Assembly: GCF_004010195.1 (NCBI RefSeq)
Contig: NC_057718.1
Coordinates: forward strand, 66,836,179 to 66,900,178
Origin: Chiloscyllium plagiosum
Lineage: Eukaryota
DNA: 64,000 nucleotides
Reading direction: 5' to 3'
The first letter of the stretch is position 1. Every line of letters starts with the position of its first letter. The notes beneath the pieces were generated by a model that was not told the DNA's origin, searched no databases, and saw only the letters and a program-made list of their open reading frames with translations. Positions 1 to 12,897 of the stretch are shown here, in pieces. A program made the translations under genes and the position numbers.

Positions 1-587
1 GTGCAGAGGATGGAATAGATGATGTGTGTGGAGGTGCAGGTGAATCTGTGGCGGATATGGAAGTGTGCTTTGGGGCCTTGGAGGGAGGTGAGGGGGGAGG
101 GGTGGGCGCGAGTCTTGCACCTCCTGCGGTTGCAGGGGAGGGTGCCGGGAGTGGAGGTTGGGTTGGTGGGGGGTGTGGGTCTGACGAGGGAGTCACGGAG
201 GGAGTGGTCTTTACGGGGTGCTGGTAGGGGAGGGGAGGGAAATATATCCTTGGTGGTGGGGTCCGTTTGGAGGTGGCGGAAATGGCGGCGGATGATGCGC
301 TGTACATGGAGGTTAGTTCCTTGGTGGTGGGTCCATTTCCTAACCTGCAATCTTCATCCCGACCTCTCCGCCCCCGCCCCCGCCTGTCCTATCACCCTCA
401 CCTTGACCTCTTTCCACCTATCACATTTCCGACGCCCCTCCCCCAAGTCCCTCCTCCCTATCTTTTATCTTAGCCTGCTGGACCAACTTTCCTCATTCCT
501 GAAGAAGGGCTAATGCCCGAAACGTCGATTCTCCTGTTACCTAGATGCTGCCTGACCTGCTGCGCTTTTCCAGCAACACATTTCCAT
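1..587. mobile_element. Penelope-like element (PLE) fragment: minus-strand coding remnant joined to an inverted pseudo-LTR
   Basis: 335-587 is the reverse complement of the pLTR seen at 8528-8810. 1-330 is a G-rich remnant of the internal region in the opposite orientation. Confidence 0.75.
495..530 (+). ncRNA. Minimal type I hammerhead ribozyme motif in a PLE pLTR
   Basis: ATTC-CTGAAGA-A-GGGC-taat-GCCC-GAAAC-GTC-GATT: conserved core, 4-bp stem II, palindromic ACGT stem III, stem I with one mismatch. Confidence 0.7.
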
Positions 588-770
588 ACCAGATTGAAGG
601 TGGCCTAACGTCTGGTTGGCTCCATGACATATTACTTCTTATGCACTCTATGAATTCATGCTGCCTGACCTGCTGCGCTTTTCCAGCAACACATTTCCAT
701 ACCAGATTGAAGGTGGCCTAACGTCTGGTTGGCTCCATGACATATTACTTCTTATGCACTCTATGAATTC
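545..770. repeat. Perfect 113-bp tandem duplication spanning a PLE end and its flank
   Basis: 545-657 is identical to 658-770 by direct reading. Confidence 0.9.
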
Positions 771-1197
771 ATGATCATAGCTATCCTTTCCAATTTGATT
801 AACCCAATCAACATGAAGATTAAAGTCACCCATAGTTGTTGCTCTACTGTTTTTACATGTTCCTATTATTTATTGATTTATAGCCTTTCCTAGAGAGTAA
901 TTACTGTTTGTGCTCTGTACTTTACTCCTACCGATGTCTTTGTTCTCTTGTTGTCTTTTTTATCTCCGCCCAAATGGACTGTACGTTATCCGAGCCTAAG
1001 TCATCCGTCACAGCTGTCCTCATTTCATTTCTTATTAACAGTGCTACCCCAACACATTCTCCAACTCTCCTTTTTCTCCATAATGGTCAAATATCCCTGA
1101 ATATTAAGTTCCCAGTTGAATCTTCTTGTAACCATGTTTCCATAATGGCTATGACATCATATTCATTTTCCTCACTTTGCACATCATTTCATCTACC

Positions 1198-1814
1198 TGT
1201 TAAGGGCCAGGCCAGACCCCCTTAAATTATTTCAAGAAAGTAGCCAGAACCCTTACTTTGCTAATCATTTTAAGCCGGTGTAAACTGAATATCTCAGGAG
1301 AGATGCAACTGATCAAACCACTTAGTTTTAAACAAAACAGAATTTATTTACAAGATTACCGAATGAAACACAAACAAAAGAGAATAGAATACTGAATAGC
1401 TTAACCTATCTGAAAACCTAACTGATTATTCCAACTTAATGATGCTGTTCCAAATTCCTGCAACAATCCCAAAATCCCTTGGCAAAAAAGGGTCAAATCA
1501 AACACAGGGTGTTATAGGAGAGAAAGAGAGAGAGAGATGACAGAGACTCAGTGTGGCAAACTTTCTTCCTAGTAGTTGTTTCTTCGACCTGCAGCCTCAA
1601 ACTAACTGACTGCCTGTTTTCAGTGAACAGCCAGACTCTAAAAACCAAACCAGAGAAAAGCTGAATTGGGAGAACTGGCCACTCCTGTTTCATTGTACAA
1701 GTTTTTTTTAAACTTGAAAGTATTCTCAAGTAGATCAACCCCAGACATTTCGGAGTCTGTGTCTTTATGACATTCTGGAAAAAACCTAACCTTGTTAAAG
1801 GAGCAGCAGTATCA
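1198..1814 (-). mobile_element. Solo LTR-like repeat
   Basis: TG...CA ends. The left end tgttaagggccaggccagac resembles the reverse complement of the right end of 24085-24712. Confidence 0.55.
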
Positions 1815-2496
1815 AAATCTTATTCCAAATGTTTCATGCATTAAGATACAAAGCCTTTAAGTTTGTTCTGTTATCAAATTTCATGCACTCTGTCCTTACC
1901 TTTTATTTTCTGGTAACAATCAACTCCATCACTAACTTGCAATCCTATCATCTCCTTTGTCTGTGATTTTCTAATCTTCCATGCAACATTACCATTATTT
2001 AGTTTAAAAATCTAGCCAGAGCCCTATTTATACGATTCACAAGTATTCTGGTCCCAGCATGATTTTGGTAGAGCCCACTTCATTGGAACACTCCTGTCTT
2101 CCCCCGATACTGATGCAAATGTTGCGTGAATTTGAACACATTTCTTCCACACCAATCTTTGAGCCACACGTTTACCTCTTTAGTCTTGTTGATTCCTGGA
2201 GATTACTACCTTTTTGGTTCTGATTTCTAATTTAGCCCTTAGCTGCTCATATTCCCTCAGCAGAATCTTCTTCCTCTTTTTACCTGTGTTGTTTCTATCT
2301 AGATGGGCAACAACAACATGGTCAATTCCCCCCATCCAACTCCAAATTTTCTGCAGCTAAGGTGTGATATCCTGAACCTAAGCACTAGGTAGTCAAAACA
2401 GCCTTTGTGACTCTTAATATTCCACAGAGAATAGTACCTATTCTCTTGACTATATAATCCCCATACCATGGTGCTATTGGACAGTTTACTCATCAT

Positions 2497-2707
2497 GTTG
2501 GAAAAGCGCAGCAGGCTAGGCAGCCTTCAAGGAGCAGGAGAATCGACGTTTTGGGCATGAGCCCTCCTTCATTTACTATAAACCGACCCACTCCCACAGC
2601 TATCTAGACTACACCTCCTCCCACCCTGCCCCCTGTAAAAATGCCATTCCAAAAAAAAACACATTTTCAGCTCTGATCTCCAGCATCTGCCGTCCTCACT
2701 TTTTCCT
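2497..2707. mobile_element. Rearranged PLE insertion (pLTR piece, RT fragment, inverted pLTR piece)
   Basis: The centre encodes YYKPTHSHSYLDYTSSHP, a PLE RT C-terminal motif. Flanked by agttt(a/g)ctcatcat direct repeats. Confidence 0.75.
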
Positions 2708-2973
2708 AGTTTGCTCATCATCCCTAGGACGCCTCCCTTCTCATCCGTACAAGGAGCAAGAATGTCAAACCTGTTAGTCAAGCTCAAGGGTTGAGGCTCC
2801 TTCAGCACTCTGACCAGGATTCCTCTATCTGCCTCACTTGTAGTCACACCCTCCTGTTCCTGACCATGGCCAAATTCGAGGTTGTTCATTTACAGAGTGT
2901 GACTGCCTCCTGAATCCAATTCACAGAATCCAGTTAACTCTCCCCCTGCCTGATGTTTCACATTTGTAGTTAT

Positions 2974-3707
2974 TGTCATGGAGAAAATGTAGAGAATCAC
3001 TAGGAGATGCAGACAGTTCTCCAAGGAGAAGGTCTTTTATTTGCAAACAAAAACCCGTGACACTCAGAAAGCAGATTCTTGAATGCCCACGAACCTCAGG
3101 GTCCGTAGTTCTTTATATCTTTTTTATCATATTTTTGTTAGCTTATCAGCATGTCCAACTGTGTCAATCAAAATTAGCTCACTCCAGCTATACAATAAAC
3201 CAGTGACGTTAGTTCCCATTATCTCTTTACTTGTGCCAATATAGTTTTTCCTACATTCTACTTAATGTTATTCTAATGTCATGATTAGATATTTAGTATC
3301 AGCTCTACAACAATGGTCTTTCATCCCAGACCCTACTTAATGTTTCTAATGCCATGATTAGATATTTTACTGTCAAGAGTCTCAAGCAGACTGACTTTAC
3401 TAACTATTAGTTAGATATTTAATGTCATGTCCCAAACATTTATTATTACAACCTGTTCCAAACCTGCCATGATGATCTTTAGCAGGCTAGGCTGCCTTTA
3501 CTAACTGTGTTATGTCATCCTGCCATCGTGACCTTTCAGCCTCAACCTTACTTTATTGATTGGTGTAAAAGCATTCCGCTATTCTTATCCCATCCTGCCA
3601 CAGTTACCTTTTGACTAGTGTAGCATTCCACAGACCCTTTGCAACAGATCGCCAGTGGTCTTCATGCTTTAACCCTTCCAACGCTTTCATGCTCTTTATT
3701 TTCCATA
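2974..3707 (-). mobile_element. Probable solo LTR
   Basis: Minus-strand AATAAA (~3035) and TATAAA (~3113), internal sub-repeats, imperfect inverted ends; shares gaatcactaggag with the ERV LTR at ~16810. Confidence 0.45.
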
Positions 3708-5026
3708 TTATGTCAAGTCATATATATGATGTTATGTAATTTGAACTCACTGACCAAATAGCTTACAAGAATAGATTCAGGAATGAGGAAGTTCAGCTTT
3801 GGAAAGATTTTATTTGATTGCCATTTTAAATTCCAGACTAGTGACCCCTGTTTCCCATACCTTAGAAAACCTGTTTAAGATTAAGGAAAGATGAAGGTAG
3901 CTCAATCAAGCAGCCAAATGCCTTTTCATATATCTGTTAATCCAGCTTATCTACTGCACCAATTCATTTATCTTTCTACTGCCTGATTATTCATACCTTT
4001 TTCCAACATTCTCCCCTTCCCTGTCCCCAATGCTTAAAATCTCCAATCTATTCTCCAACTTGACCTCCCAGCACAACATTGCTACCAACCTGTGCCCCTC
4101 CCAATCACATCACTCCCCTCTCTTGTCTCTAAAATTGCCTGTTTCATGCTGTCGCGGACCTTCCCACTGAACAGCTCATCAGCCTCAACATCTGGTTGTG
4201 ATTGGGAAACTTAAAACAAATAATTTTGATCTAGGTCTACTGTCAAATTTGGCAAGACCTGAAGGATACAATGTTTACCAGTGATGAAATGATTAACCCG
4301 CTTTTATCTGTGTCACTTCCACAAATCCTTCCCTCCCAGCTTTAAAGTTGACATTAGGGTTTGCATGTCAGATTGCTGTAAATCACCAGCTAACCCATAT
4401 ACAATGCTTTTCTCAGATATTGAAGGAATGACCAGGTTAGACAGTAGCAAGGAAATCTGATTGGATGTGATGAGTCTGAGCATGAGTGCTAGCAACCTAT
4501 TCAATCTTCTGAGCATCTAACCCATATTCGCATGTCGTCTGCTTTCACATTTTTCATCATCTACCTCAGCCCATGTGACACTGATGTCCTCATCCATGTC
4601 ATTGCCATCTCCAGGTTTTACCATGCCCATTTGGTCAGCTTCTATAAATTTAAGGGAAGCAAGACAGTTGAATCTTAAGACCTTTGTTAACATCTATCTT
4701 CTTGAAACCTTTTCACTACTCTCCAAATGTCTATAACAGCTCAATGTCTGTTTTCTTTTATACTTCTGAAATATCATGAGACATTTTTTAATGTTAATAG
4801 TTGCTTTATTAATAGTTGTATTTTGCTTATTTAGTTGCTATAATTGCAGACTTCATATTATACTCTGAAAGATGTGATGCACCCACCCGCCATTACAATC
4901 AAACCTATCTTCTGAATACTAGCTATGAATAATGAAATAGGAGATCTGTCAGTGTATATAGGAAGGAAGGAGAGCTTTTTTTTCTTCTTATGCAAAAGAT
5001 TTATATATTCTGTCAACACTATATAT

Positions 5027-5326
5027 GATTAGATTTCCTACAGTGTCGAAATAGGCCCTTTGGCCCAATAAGTTCACACCAACCCTCCAAAGAGTAACCC
5101 GCCCAGACCCATTTCACTCTGACTAATGTTTCTAACGCTATGGGCAGTTTAGCATGGCCAATTTACCTGACCTACACATCTTTGGACTGTGGGAGGAGAC
5201 CCACACAGGTACAGGGAGAATGTGCAAACTCCATTCAGACAGTCGCCTGAGGCTTGAATCAAACCCAGGTCCCCGGTGTTGCTAACCACTGAGGTAGTGC
5301 TAACTACTAAGCCACCATGCTGCCCC
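5027..5326 (-). mobile_element. HE1-like V-SINE (tRNA-derived)
   Basis: Reverse complement of the 57122-57440 copy: tRNA-like head, V domain, CR1-derived tail. Confidence 0.85.
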
Positions 5327-6139
5327 TATAATTGCATGGTTAATAAACTTGCTAAAAGGAACAATGCTTGTTGCATTTCCCACTATTTAAGATGTTCAGT
5401 TGGAACATTTTCTGGATAACATTGACACGTTATATCTTTGAGGAAAGCCCGGTAAATAGCTTACTCTTTAAATTTGTTTCATGAACTATTTGGCAACTTC
5501 CTATTTGGGGCATCGTGCAGGATGTGACCACCGAACTCTTCTTATTTTGACATTTGAATGTAGGCATAGGAGTAGACTGCTTAGCCCTTTGATCATGCTC
5601 CATCATTCATTGAAAGTATTACTGTTTTAAGATCTAACTCTTACCATGAATATTATCGTCTTTGATTAATAGAACGATCAATTTCAGATTAAAAGTTAAC
5701 AACTGATCCAATATCAGCTTGTGATTTGTGAAAGAATATTTCACTCATTACATAGCAATATGTTTCCTAACTTTACTCCTGAAAGGCCTGACTTAATACG
5801 TAGACCGTACCTCTTAGCACTAAAGGCCCCAACTAGCAGTTATTGTTCTTCTCCATCAGTCTCCCAGAACATCTTAAGAGCTGTAACCAGATCATCCTGT
5901 AGCTTCTAATTCTAAGAAGTGAAATCCTAGTTGTCTTCACCAACATTTAGAATGGTATTTTCCTGTTGAAATTTGAAATTGTATTATTTTAGTCAGTCTC
6001 ACATTTTGCGCTGTTTTGCAATGGAGAAATCCTAATTATGGCTGTGAATTTGTTGCAGCTAGAATTTCACACTGTATCTCACAAAGAATTTGTAACATTT
6101 CTGTAATCCAGGAAAGCTTAGTTGCAAGTTAGCTTTGAA

Positions 6140-6490
6140 ATCCCTTGGACAGAGTGGATGTAGGGAAGATATTTCCATTGGTCAGAGAGACTAGCACCCG
6201 AGGGCACTGCCTAAGAGTAAAAGGGAAGACTTTTTAGAACAGAGATAAGGAGAAACCTCTTCAGCCAGAGAGTGGTGAATCTATGAATTCATTGCCACAG
6301 AAGGCTGTGGAGACCATGTCATTGGGTGTATTTAAGATTGAGATAGATAGGTTCTTGATTGTCAATTGGATCAAGGGTTATGGGGAGAAAGCAGAGAATG
6401 GGGCTGAGAAACTTACCAGCCATGATTGAATAGAGGAGCAGACTCAATGGGCTGAATGGCCTAACTTGTGCTTCTATGTCTTATTGTCTT
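6140..6490 (+). mobile_element. CR1 LINE 3' fragment
   Basis: End of ORF2 (RTRGH...FFSQRVVNLWNSLP-type) followed by a CR1 3' UTR. Confidence 0.75.
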
Positions 6491-6962
6491 AAGATAGTTA
6501 GGGGTGACTTTGGAGGTGAATTAGCTAAAACCATAAATTTACCAGGACAATGAATTAAAAGGATTCCCCTGGTTATTCATACTGGGCTCCCTTGCATTGC
6601 TTTTGTGTTAATTAGGAAGAATGGTAGTTTTGATTGATGGGTTTATCCACTCCAACTCACAAACTAAGCTGAATGACCAACATCTTGATAATGTTTAGGA
6701 TTTGACATGCTTGAATTTTGGATTACTGAACCACCCACTTTGTCACACGTGTCATTTTGAAGTTAACACACTTCTAATGTTGTGTTATATTTTGTGAAGT
6801 TCTGCTCTGGAAGCTTGACCAGTTTGAAGTTTGTAAGAAATCTGCCATTTGTTTTAATTGCCTGATTTATTAGTTAATATACAAAAAAGGACAATTTGAA
6901 ATCCAGTATCTACCTATATTAGTTCATGCTAACATATATGCAGTTTTCTTTTCTTTCAATAG

Positions 6963-7070
6963 ATTATTATAATGGATCGAAAGAAGATCAAAAACCATTA
7001 TCTGAAAACTTGGTTTACCGTGGATCTGATTGGTATCATGCCTGTTGATTATGTTTTTCTGTGTGCAAAA
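6963..7070 (+). CDS. Internal coding exon of a divergent HCN-family channel (S2-S3 linker and S3 helix)
   Basis: Polypyrimidine tract ttttcttttctttcaatAG acceptor and GTAAGT donor at 7071; 108 nt, phase 0/0. Translation IIIMDRKKIKNHYLKTWFTVDLIGIMPVDYVFLCAK matches HCN [32 protein letters not shown]. Not in the ORF track; the 6924..7193 minus ORF is its antisense shadow. Confidence 0.93.
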
Positions 7071-7844
7071 GTAAGTCATAATGTATGTAAATAATCGCTC
7101 TATCCCGAGAATGGGACATTCTAGAGTGACTTCACTGATAATTTTCACCTTGATCCAATCAATAACTTTCTTGTCTCTGTTTTTGAAGCACATTGATAGT
7201 TACAGCTGAAGTCCAAAACTAGAGATAACAGAGATGGGTTAATAGCTTGAACGCTAAAATTTGATTTCCGGTTGAAAATTCATTGCAAATCTTGATAACC
7301 TTTGACCAAGAAAACAGAAAAAAAATCCAAAAATGATCAAAATGCTTAGCAGATTAGAAGGGAGCAACACAGTTAATATTTCAGGTTGATGACCTATTAT
7401 TAGAACTGAGAAAGAAATCAGAAGTGTAATAGCTAAGTTAAGATGAATGGAATATGGAAGAAGAACAAGACAAGGAATGTGATTGGTAGAAAACAGAAAG
7501 TATTAAATGACAAAAGACGTAGTGGTACAGGGCCAAAAGGAGTAGGAATGGCAGTAGTAACGAAGAAACAAAAGATGTGTCTAGAGAAGGTTTGAATGGG
7601 AGATAGATAAACATTTGTTGTTTAAAAGGGAAAGCAAGAAAATAGTGAATATTAAATGAATTTGCAAAGAGAAAGGAAACAAAATACGAGCAGAAATTAT
7701 GCTCTGGAATTGATTTGTTGAGTCCAGAGATTAGGTTCAGCTTCATTGAGACACTGCAGAAGGATAAGGACAAAAGAGGACGCGGAGAGCAAGGTGGAGA
7801 TTAGATTGGAGATCAGATAGCTCTTGACCTAAGTGTTGTTCAGC

Positions 7845-9148
7845 ATGGAGGAGTACCGATTCAACAGCTGAGGGAGGATGGTATGTGGTAATCAGTAGGA
7901 CATTTCCTTGACCATATTTCCTTGACCTCAAGCCACAAGGCTTATGAAGTCTGGAGTCAATACTGAAGACTGCCAGGGCAACTCCCTCCCAACTGTATAC
8001 CACTGTGTCACCACCTCTGCTGGGTCTGTCCTGCTGATGGGACAGAAAATATCCAAGGATGGTGAAGATGGTGCCTGGGACATTGTGTGTAAGGTGTGAT
8101 TCTGTGAGTATCACTATGTCAGGCTGTTGCTTGGCCAGTTTGTGAGACAGCTCTCCCAAATTGGCACTAGTCCCCAGATGTTAGTAAGGAGGACTTTGCA
8201 GGGTTGACAGGATTGCTTCTGCTGTTGTCTTTTCAGGTGCCTACGGTGATGCCAGGTGTTCCGTCTGGTTTCATTTCTTTGATATGTTGAAGGCATTGGC
8301 ACAATTGAATAGCTTGTTAGGCTATTTCAGAGGGCAATTGAGAGTCACCCACATTGCTGTGGGTCTGGAGTCACATGTAGGTCAGACTTCCTTCCCTGAA
8401 GACCATTAGTAAACCAGATGGATTTTTTCATGGTCATCAGTAGATTCTTAATTCCAGATTTTTTTCAAATTCCACCGTCTGCTATGGATGGTCACCAGAA
8501 CATTAGCTGAGTTTCTGGATTAATAGGAGAAAGTGAGGACTGCAGATGCTGGAGATCAGAGTTGAAAATGTGTTGCTGGAAAAGCACAGCAGGTCAGGCA
8601 GCATCCAAGGAGCAGGAGAATCGATGTTTCGGGCATGAGCCCTTCTTCAGGAATGAGGAGAGTGTGCCAAGCAGGCTAAGATAAAAGGTAGGGAGGAGGG
8701 ACTTGGGGGAGGGGGGTTGGAAATGTGATAGATGGAAGGAGGTTAAGGTGAGGGTGATAGGCTGGAGTGGGGGTGGGGGCGGAGAGGTCAGGAAGAAGAT
8801 TGCAGGTTAAGAAGGTGGTGCTGAGTTTGAGGGTTGGGACTGAGACAAGGTGGGGGGAGGGGAAATGAGGAAACTGGAGAAATCTGAGTTCATCCCTTGT
8901 GGTTGGAGGGTTCCTAGGCGGAAGATGAGGCGCTCTTCCTCCAGCCATCGTGTTGCTATGGTCTGGCGATGGAGGAGGCCAAGGACCTGTATGTCCTTGG
9001 TGGAGTGGGAGGGGGAGTTGAAGTGTTGAGCCACGGAGTGGTTGGGTTGGTTAGTCCGGGTGTCCCAGAGGTGTTCTCTGAAACGTTCAGCAAAAGGGCG
9101 ACCTGGATTAATAGGCTAATGATAATATCACTAGGCCATCACCTCGCC
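7845..9148 (-). mobile_element. 5' part of a single-ORF LINE with tRNA-like head and DeuSINE-like 5' region, interrupted by a PLE
   Basis: CKVLLTNIWGL and LSHKLAKQQPDIVILTES (APE endonuclease N-terminus; ORFs 8114..8302 and 7743..8159). Box A-like TGGCCTAGTGA near 9140-9130. Confidence 0.75.
8528..9102 (-). mobile_element. PLE 3' fragment: GIY-YIG C-terminus plus pLTR
   Basis: AQHFNSPSHS...EEERLIFRLGTLQPQGMN (8807..9034 -); 13-bp TSD ctggattaatagg at 8515-8527 and 9103-9115. Confidence 0.85.
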
Positions 9149-10859
9149 ATAATTATTCCCTGATAATTTAATTATTCTTCCTATGGATTGTTCCTTGTTT
9201 CTTTTTCCCACAGGCAAGCTAAACCTTATGATATAATGTTCACCGTCCCCTATGTGTTCTCCTGATGGCACTTGATCCACATAGTTCATCTAATTCCCGT
9301 GAATCAGTTTCAGCAGTGCCACCATGCTCATTGGACTGAAATTAGAAAATTCTACTGAACTCACTTCAGCACCTATTGCTCCTCCTTATCCATTTCACTA
9401 CTATTTGATAATTAAAATTCACCATTATGACTACTCTGTAATTCTTGCACCTTTCTAAGTTTCTTGTAAATTTGCCAATAGTTGATGGCCTGTAGATGAC
9501 ACACTGACTACTTTACCTACACTGCTCTTGTTGCTTGATTCTCCCCAAAAACATCTACCCTTCCACACTTCTCAGCACTGCAGTGTTTTCATTAATCAAT
9601 ATGGCACTTCTATCCTTTTCCTGAACACCTTATCCAGATATAACTAATGTTAAATCCTACTCTTCTTTGAATCATGACTCCAATTTAGCCACAGCGTTGG
9701 CTAATCACATATGGATGTATACACATCTTATTTATCTTGCTGTATGCATTCACATGTATGATATGCACAGTAACTAATTTATTTTAATGTTTTCTTCCTT
9801 GGTCTAATAACTTATGTTGTACCTGCCACACAGTGTGTTTAAGTTCATTAAAAGAACTGAGAGTTGACTCTTATGGACAATAATATTTGTTTGTTGAACA
9901 CAATTAATATTAGAACAATAAAGTATACTATAAGCTAACAAGAAAGTATTACAAACTATCTTATGCTTTAACTTAACGTTTTATGATCATGTACCACCAC
10001 ACTAGATCTTGGACGGGCTCCACGTGGTGATGTCTTCTTCTTCTTCCGATGGTCTTGGAGATGTTTTCTCTTTCGGTGGTTATTCTTGAATTACTGCCCT
10101 GAGTGGCATTTTGCAGCGATTCTTACCCTTCTGAGTCTTTGCGCTCTTTTGGGAGAGTCTCTAGAATCTGTCAATAGATTGATCAGATTCAATTACTCTG
10201 ATCAATCAGACCCAACCAAGTGTTTGCACATTGATGGCAGGGTGGCCCTTAGGTGTCCTTTATGGTAGGTGCTGGGTGCATGTAGCTTTCTCCAGACAAG
10301 GGTGCTAGGTGCCTCTATGTCCAGCGAATGATTCACTGCTCCTGATTGTCCTGAGGGCGTCATTCCATTGTCCCATTCAAATTCAACTTGAGGTGTGTAT
10401 TGCAGGGTCTGCACCTAGGAGAAAGTGAGGATTCCAGATGTTGAAGATCAGAGTTAAAACGTGTGGTGCTGGAAAAGTTTGTCTGCAAACCGTATGTAGG
10501 CAGCTACAGTCTGGATTCTGCAGCATATGGATTAGCATAGTCACTGCAGTTAAGGCTAGGTTCTATTTCTCCTGCATGCTTTAATCATTGTCCATCTTTT
10601 TTAATTCCATGGTACGTTTACTATTGTCTGTTATAAGTTCATTATTTTGGGTGGCCTGTCTGGCTACACTTATTTGTTCCAGTCTACTTCTGTCTGTTTC
10701 TCCCAACACAGTACTCATCTCTTTTATTAACTGTTGATTCCCACATCCTGCTTAGTTAATTTAAGCCTTCACCAATAGCAGTAGCAAAGGTGAAAACCTG
10801 TATGGGTCCTAATTTACCCTCAGCTGATTCCAGTGTCACAGGATTCTAAAATCCTTCTC

Positions 10860-11240
10860 TGTGGGTCATGTATAAATTGGTTCTGGGTAATTGCAGCCCC
10901 TTTTTAGTTATTTGAAAGATTTTTTGCTGTGCTTTTGGTTATACTTCAGCCCCATTCTTCTGATATTTGGGCATCTGGTGTGGAAGGATATGTGCAAGTC
11001 TGTGGATCTCCTTGTGGGTCTGTTCCTCGCCAAGTTAGCCATTAACAGGTCCAGGCAGTGGGCTGAAACTGTTTGCCTCTTTTCCATGGCTATGCTTGTG
11101 TACCGGTATCTTTGGAACGGGATCATGCAGTTTTCACCAATACTCTCTATGCCTTTAGAAAGAGTGGACACTGTAGGGCAAAGTGTGCTTTATTTTCCCC
11201 TCCAACAATATTTTGATTTATCTCCTTACCCCTCTCCCTA
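10860..11240 (+). mobile_element. Tx1/L1-clade LINE ORF2 C-terminal fragment
   Basis: LQPLFSYLK...FSPILLIFGH...DLLVGLFLAKLAINRSRQ resembles the Tx1 ORF2 C-terminus after the zinc finger. Confidence 0.6.
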
Positions 11241-12424
11241 ACCTTTCGATAGTTTGCATTGTCTATAATGGGCTTTGCATGTAAATATTCAATTGGCTAC
11301 ATGGGTGATTTCTGGTGGTGGTTAGTAGTTAAAAGCAAAACTAATAGTCACAGTGATTTTCTCATATAAAAACTGTTCGCTTATGTGTGATAGCACTTCC
11401 AGACATATAAGGAATGTCCTCTCACCGGCACCATCTTTCAAGCTATGCATTTATCTGCTTTATTCTCCTAATTCTATACTCACTCTTCGTATCTGGAGTA
11501 ATCTTGGATTACTATTTTTGGGATGCTACTTGCAAAATTCTTGCACAGCTCTGTAAACTCTGATTGCAGAACCACATTACTCTGTTTACCCATTTGACTG
11601 GATTTGCATAATGATGGCTGATTGTTCACCTTCACCATTCAGGGTGATCTACAGCTGTTCTATGAAATTTTTGATCTTGGGGTCAGGCCACAGAAATTTA
11701 TGTCTGTTCCCTTAAATATGAAATCTCTTTTTACTTTGCAGTTCCAGTTTTCTTTCTTCTTTCCTGTATTATGCCATTCCCACGCCAGTTAGTGAAATAT
11801 AAAACTGGACGTTAATATCAATCTTGACAATAGATTTATTTGCAGTATGCAACAACACATTTTTATGCTTCTTACTTACTATAACCGTCTTCCAGCAGTT
11901 TCTCTTTATAAGAACCCCAGAGATAGTTTTCTGATCAATCTGTTCAAAGATGTTGTTACACAACTTTGGAGCAGGTGGGACCTGAAACCAGGCTCAGAGG
12001 TAGGGACATTGCCACTGCCCACAAGACCCCTATAAGTGCCCCAGATTCTGAAGAAAATAAGGTCCCTCACCTGCTTATCTCAACAATTTAATTGATATAC
12101 CATTAACAGACTCTCCTTTCTTTAAAACAAACTATATAAACTATCAAAGACCAGCTCACACTAAGAATTATTTTCAGATTAACAGACTTCAACTCATGTC
12201 ATATAGATAGAAATCTAAGAGTCGATTGATGAGTTTGTCACAAGATGCTGCAGCAAAGGGCATGAGTGTGATTTTTCCAAACAAATTTCAGAGAGGCTAA
12301 TTGAATTAATAATCACCTCTACACTGATTAAAGCCTTTAGGAAGGATTTTCTAGGCAAGGGAGAAGGCACCTTTCCATACCATTGGCACCTTACTTGAAA
12401 ATGGATACTAACATAGTGGCAGGA

Positions 12425-12640
12425 CTGGGTACTGCAGGTGCTGGAGACTAGAGCGGTGCTGGAAAAGCACAGCAGGTCAGGCAGCATCCAAGGAGCAGGA
12501 AAATCAATGTTTCGGGCAAAAGCCCTTCATCAGGAATCATCATCCTGTTGAAGGGTTTTTGCCCGAAACGTCGATTTTCATGCTCCTCAGATGCTGCCTG
12601 ACCTGCTGTGCTTTTCCAGCACCCCTCCAATCTTGACTAA
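12425..12640. mobile_element. Inverted pair of PLE pLTR fragments
   Basis: Two opposed copies of the gctggaaaagcacagcaggtcaggcagcatc...cccttcatcagg unit meeting near 12540. Confidence 0.8.
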
Positions 12641-12897
12641 CATCGTGGCAGTCCAACAACAATTGCACTCATCAGATGCAGCCAATAAAATTGCTACTGT
12701 CAGCAAAGCGAGAAGATCTCTAACATGCGGTTTACCACAACTACTCAAAAGCTGTTTAACTTTTATTCAAATTGGCCAAGTGGCACCAAAAGGCATTGAA
12801 CACATGTGCAAGAAGCTTCCAAAAGCCAAGCCAGTCCCCAGAATAGAACAGGTGACCCACAATCCATAACAACACTACAACATTGTCAACAAGACAA

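Larger units (their letters stand above)
588..2960 (-). mobile_element. Degenerate CR1 LINE (ORF1 remnant and APE endonuclease), interrupted by an LTR and a PLE
   Basis: MGDFNLHVDW...FIECIR endonuclease motif (648..833 -); PQPLSLTNRFDILA ORF1-type motif (2569..2889 -). Confidence 0.7.

Noticed and set aside
19..513. 164-aa ORF and the recurring MLPDLLRFSSNTF / LLEKRSRSGS peptides
   Set aside because: Translations of non-coding PLE terminal repeats.
6924..7193. 89-aa minus-strand ORF
   Set aside because: Antisense shadow of the real + strand HCN-like exon.
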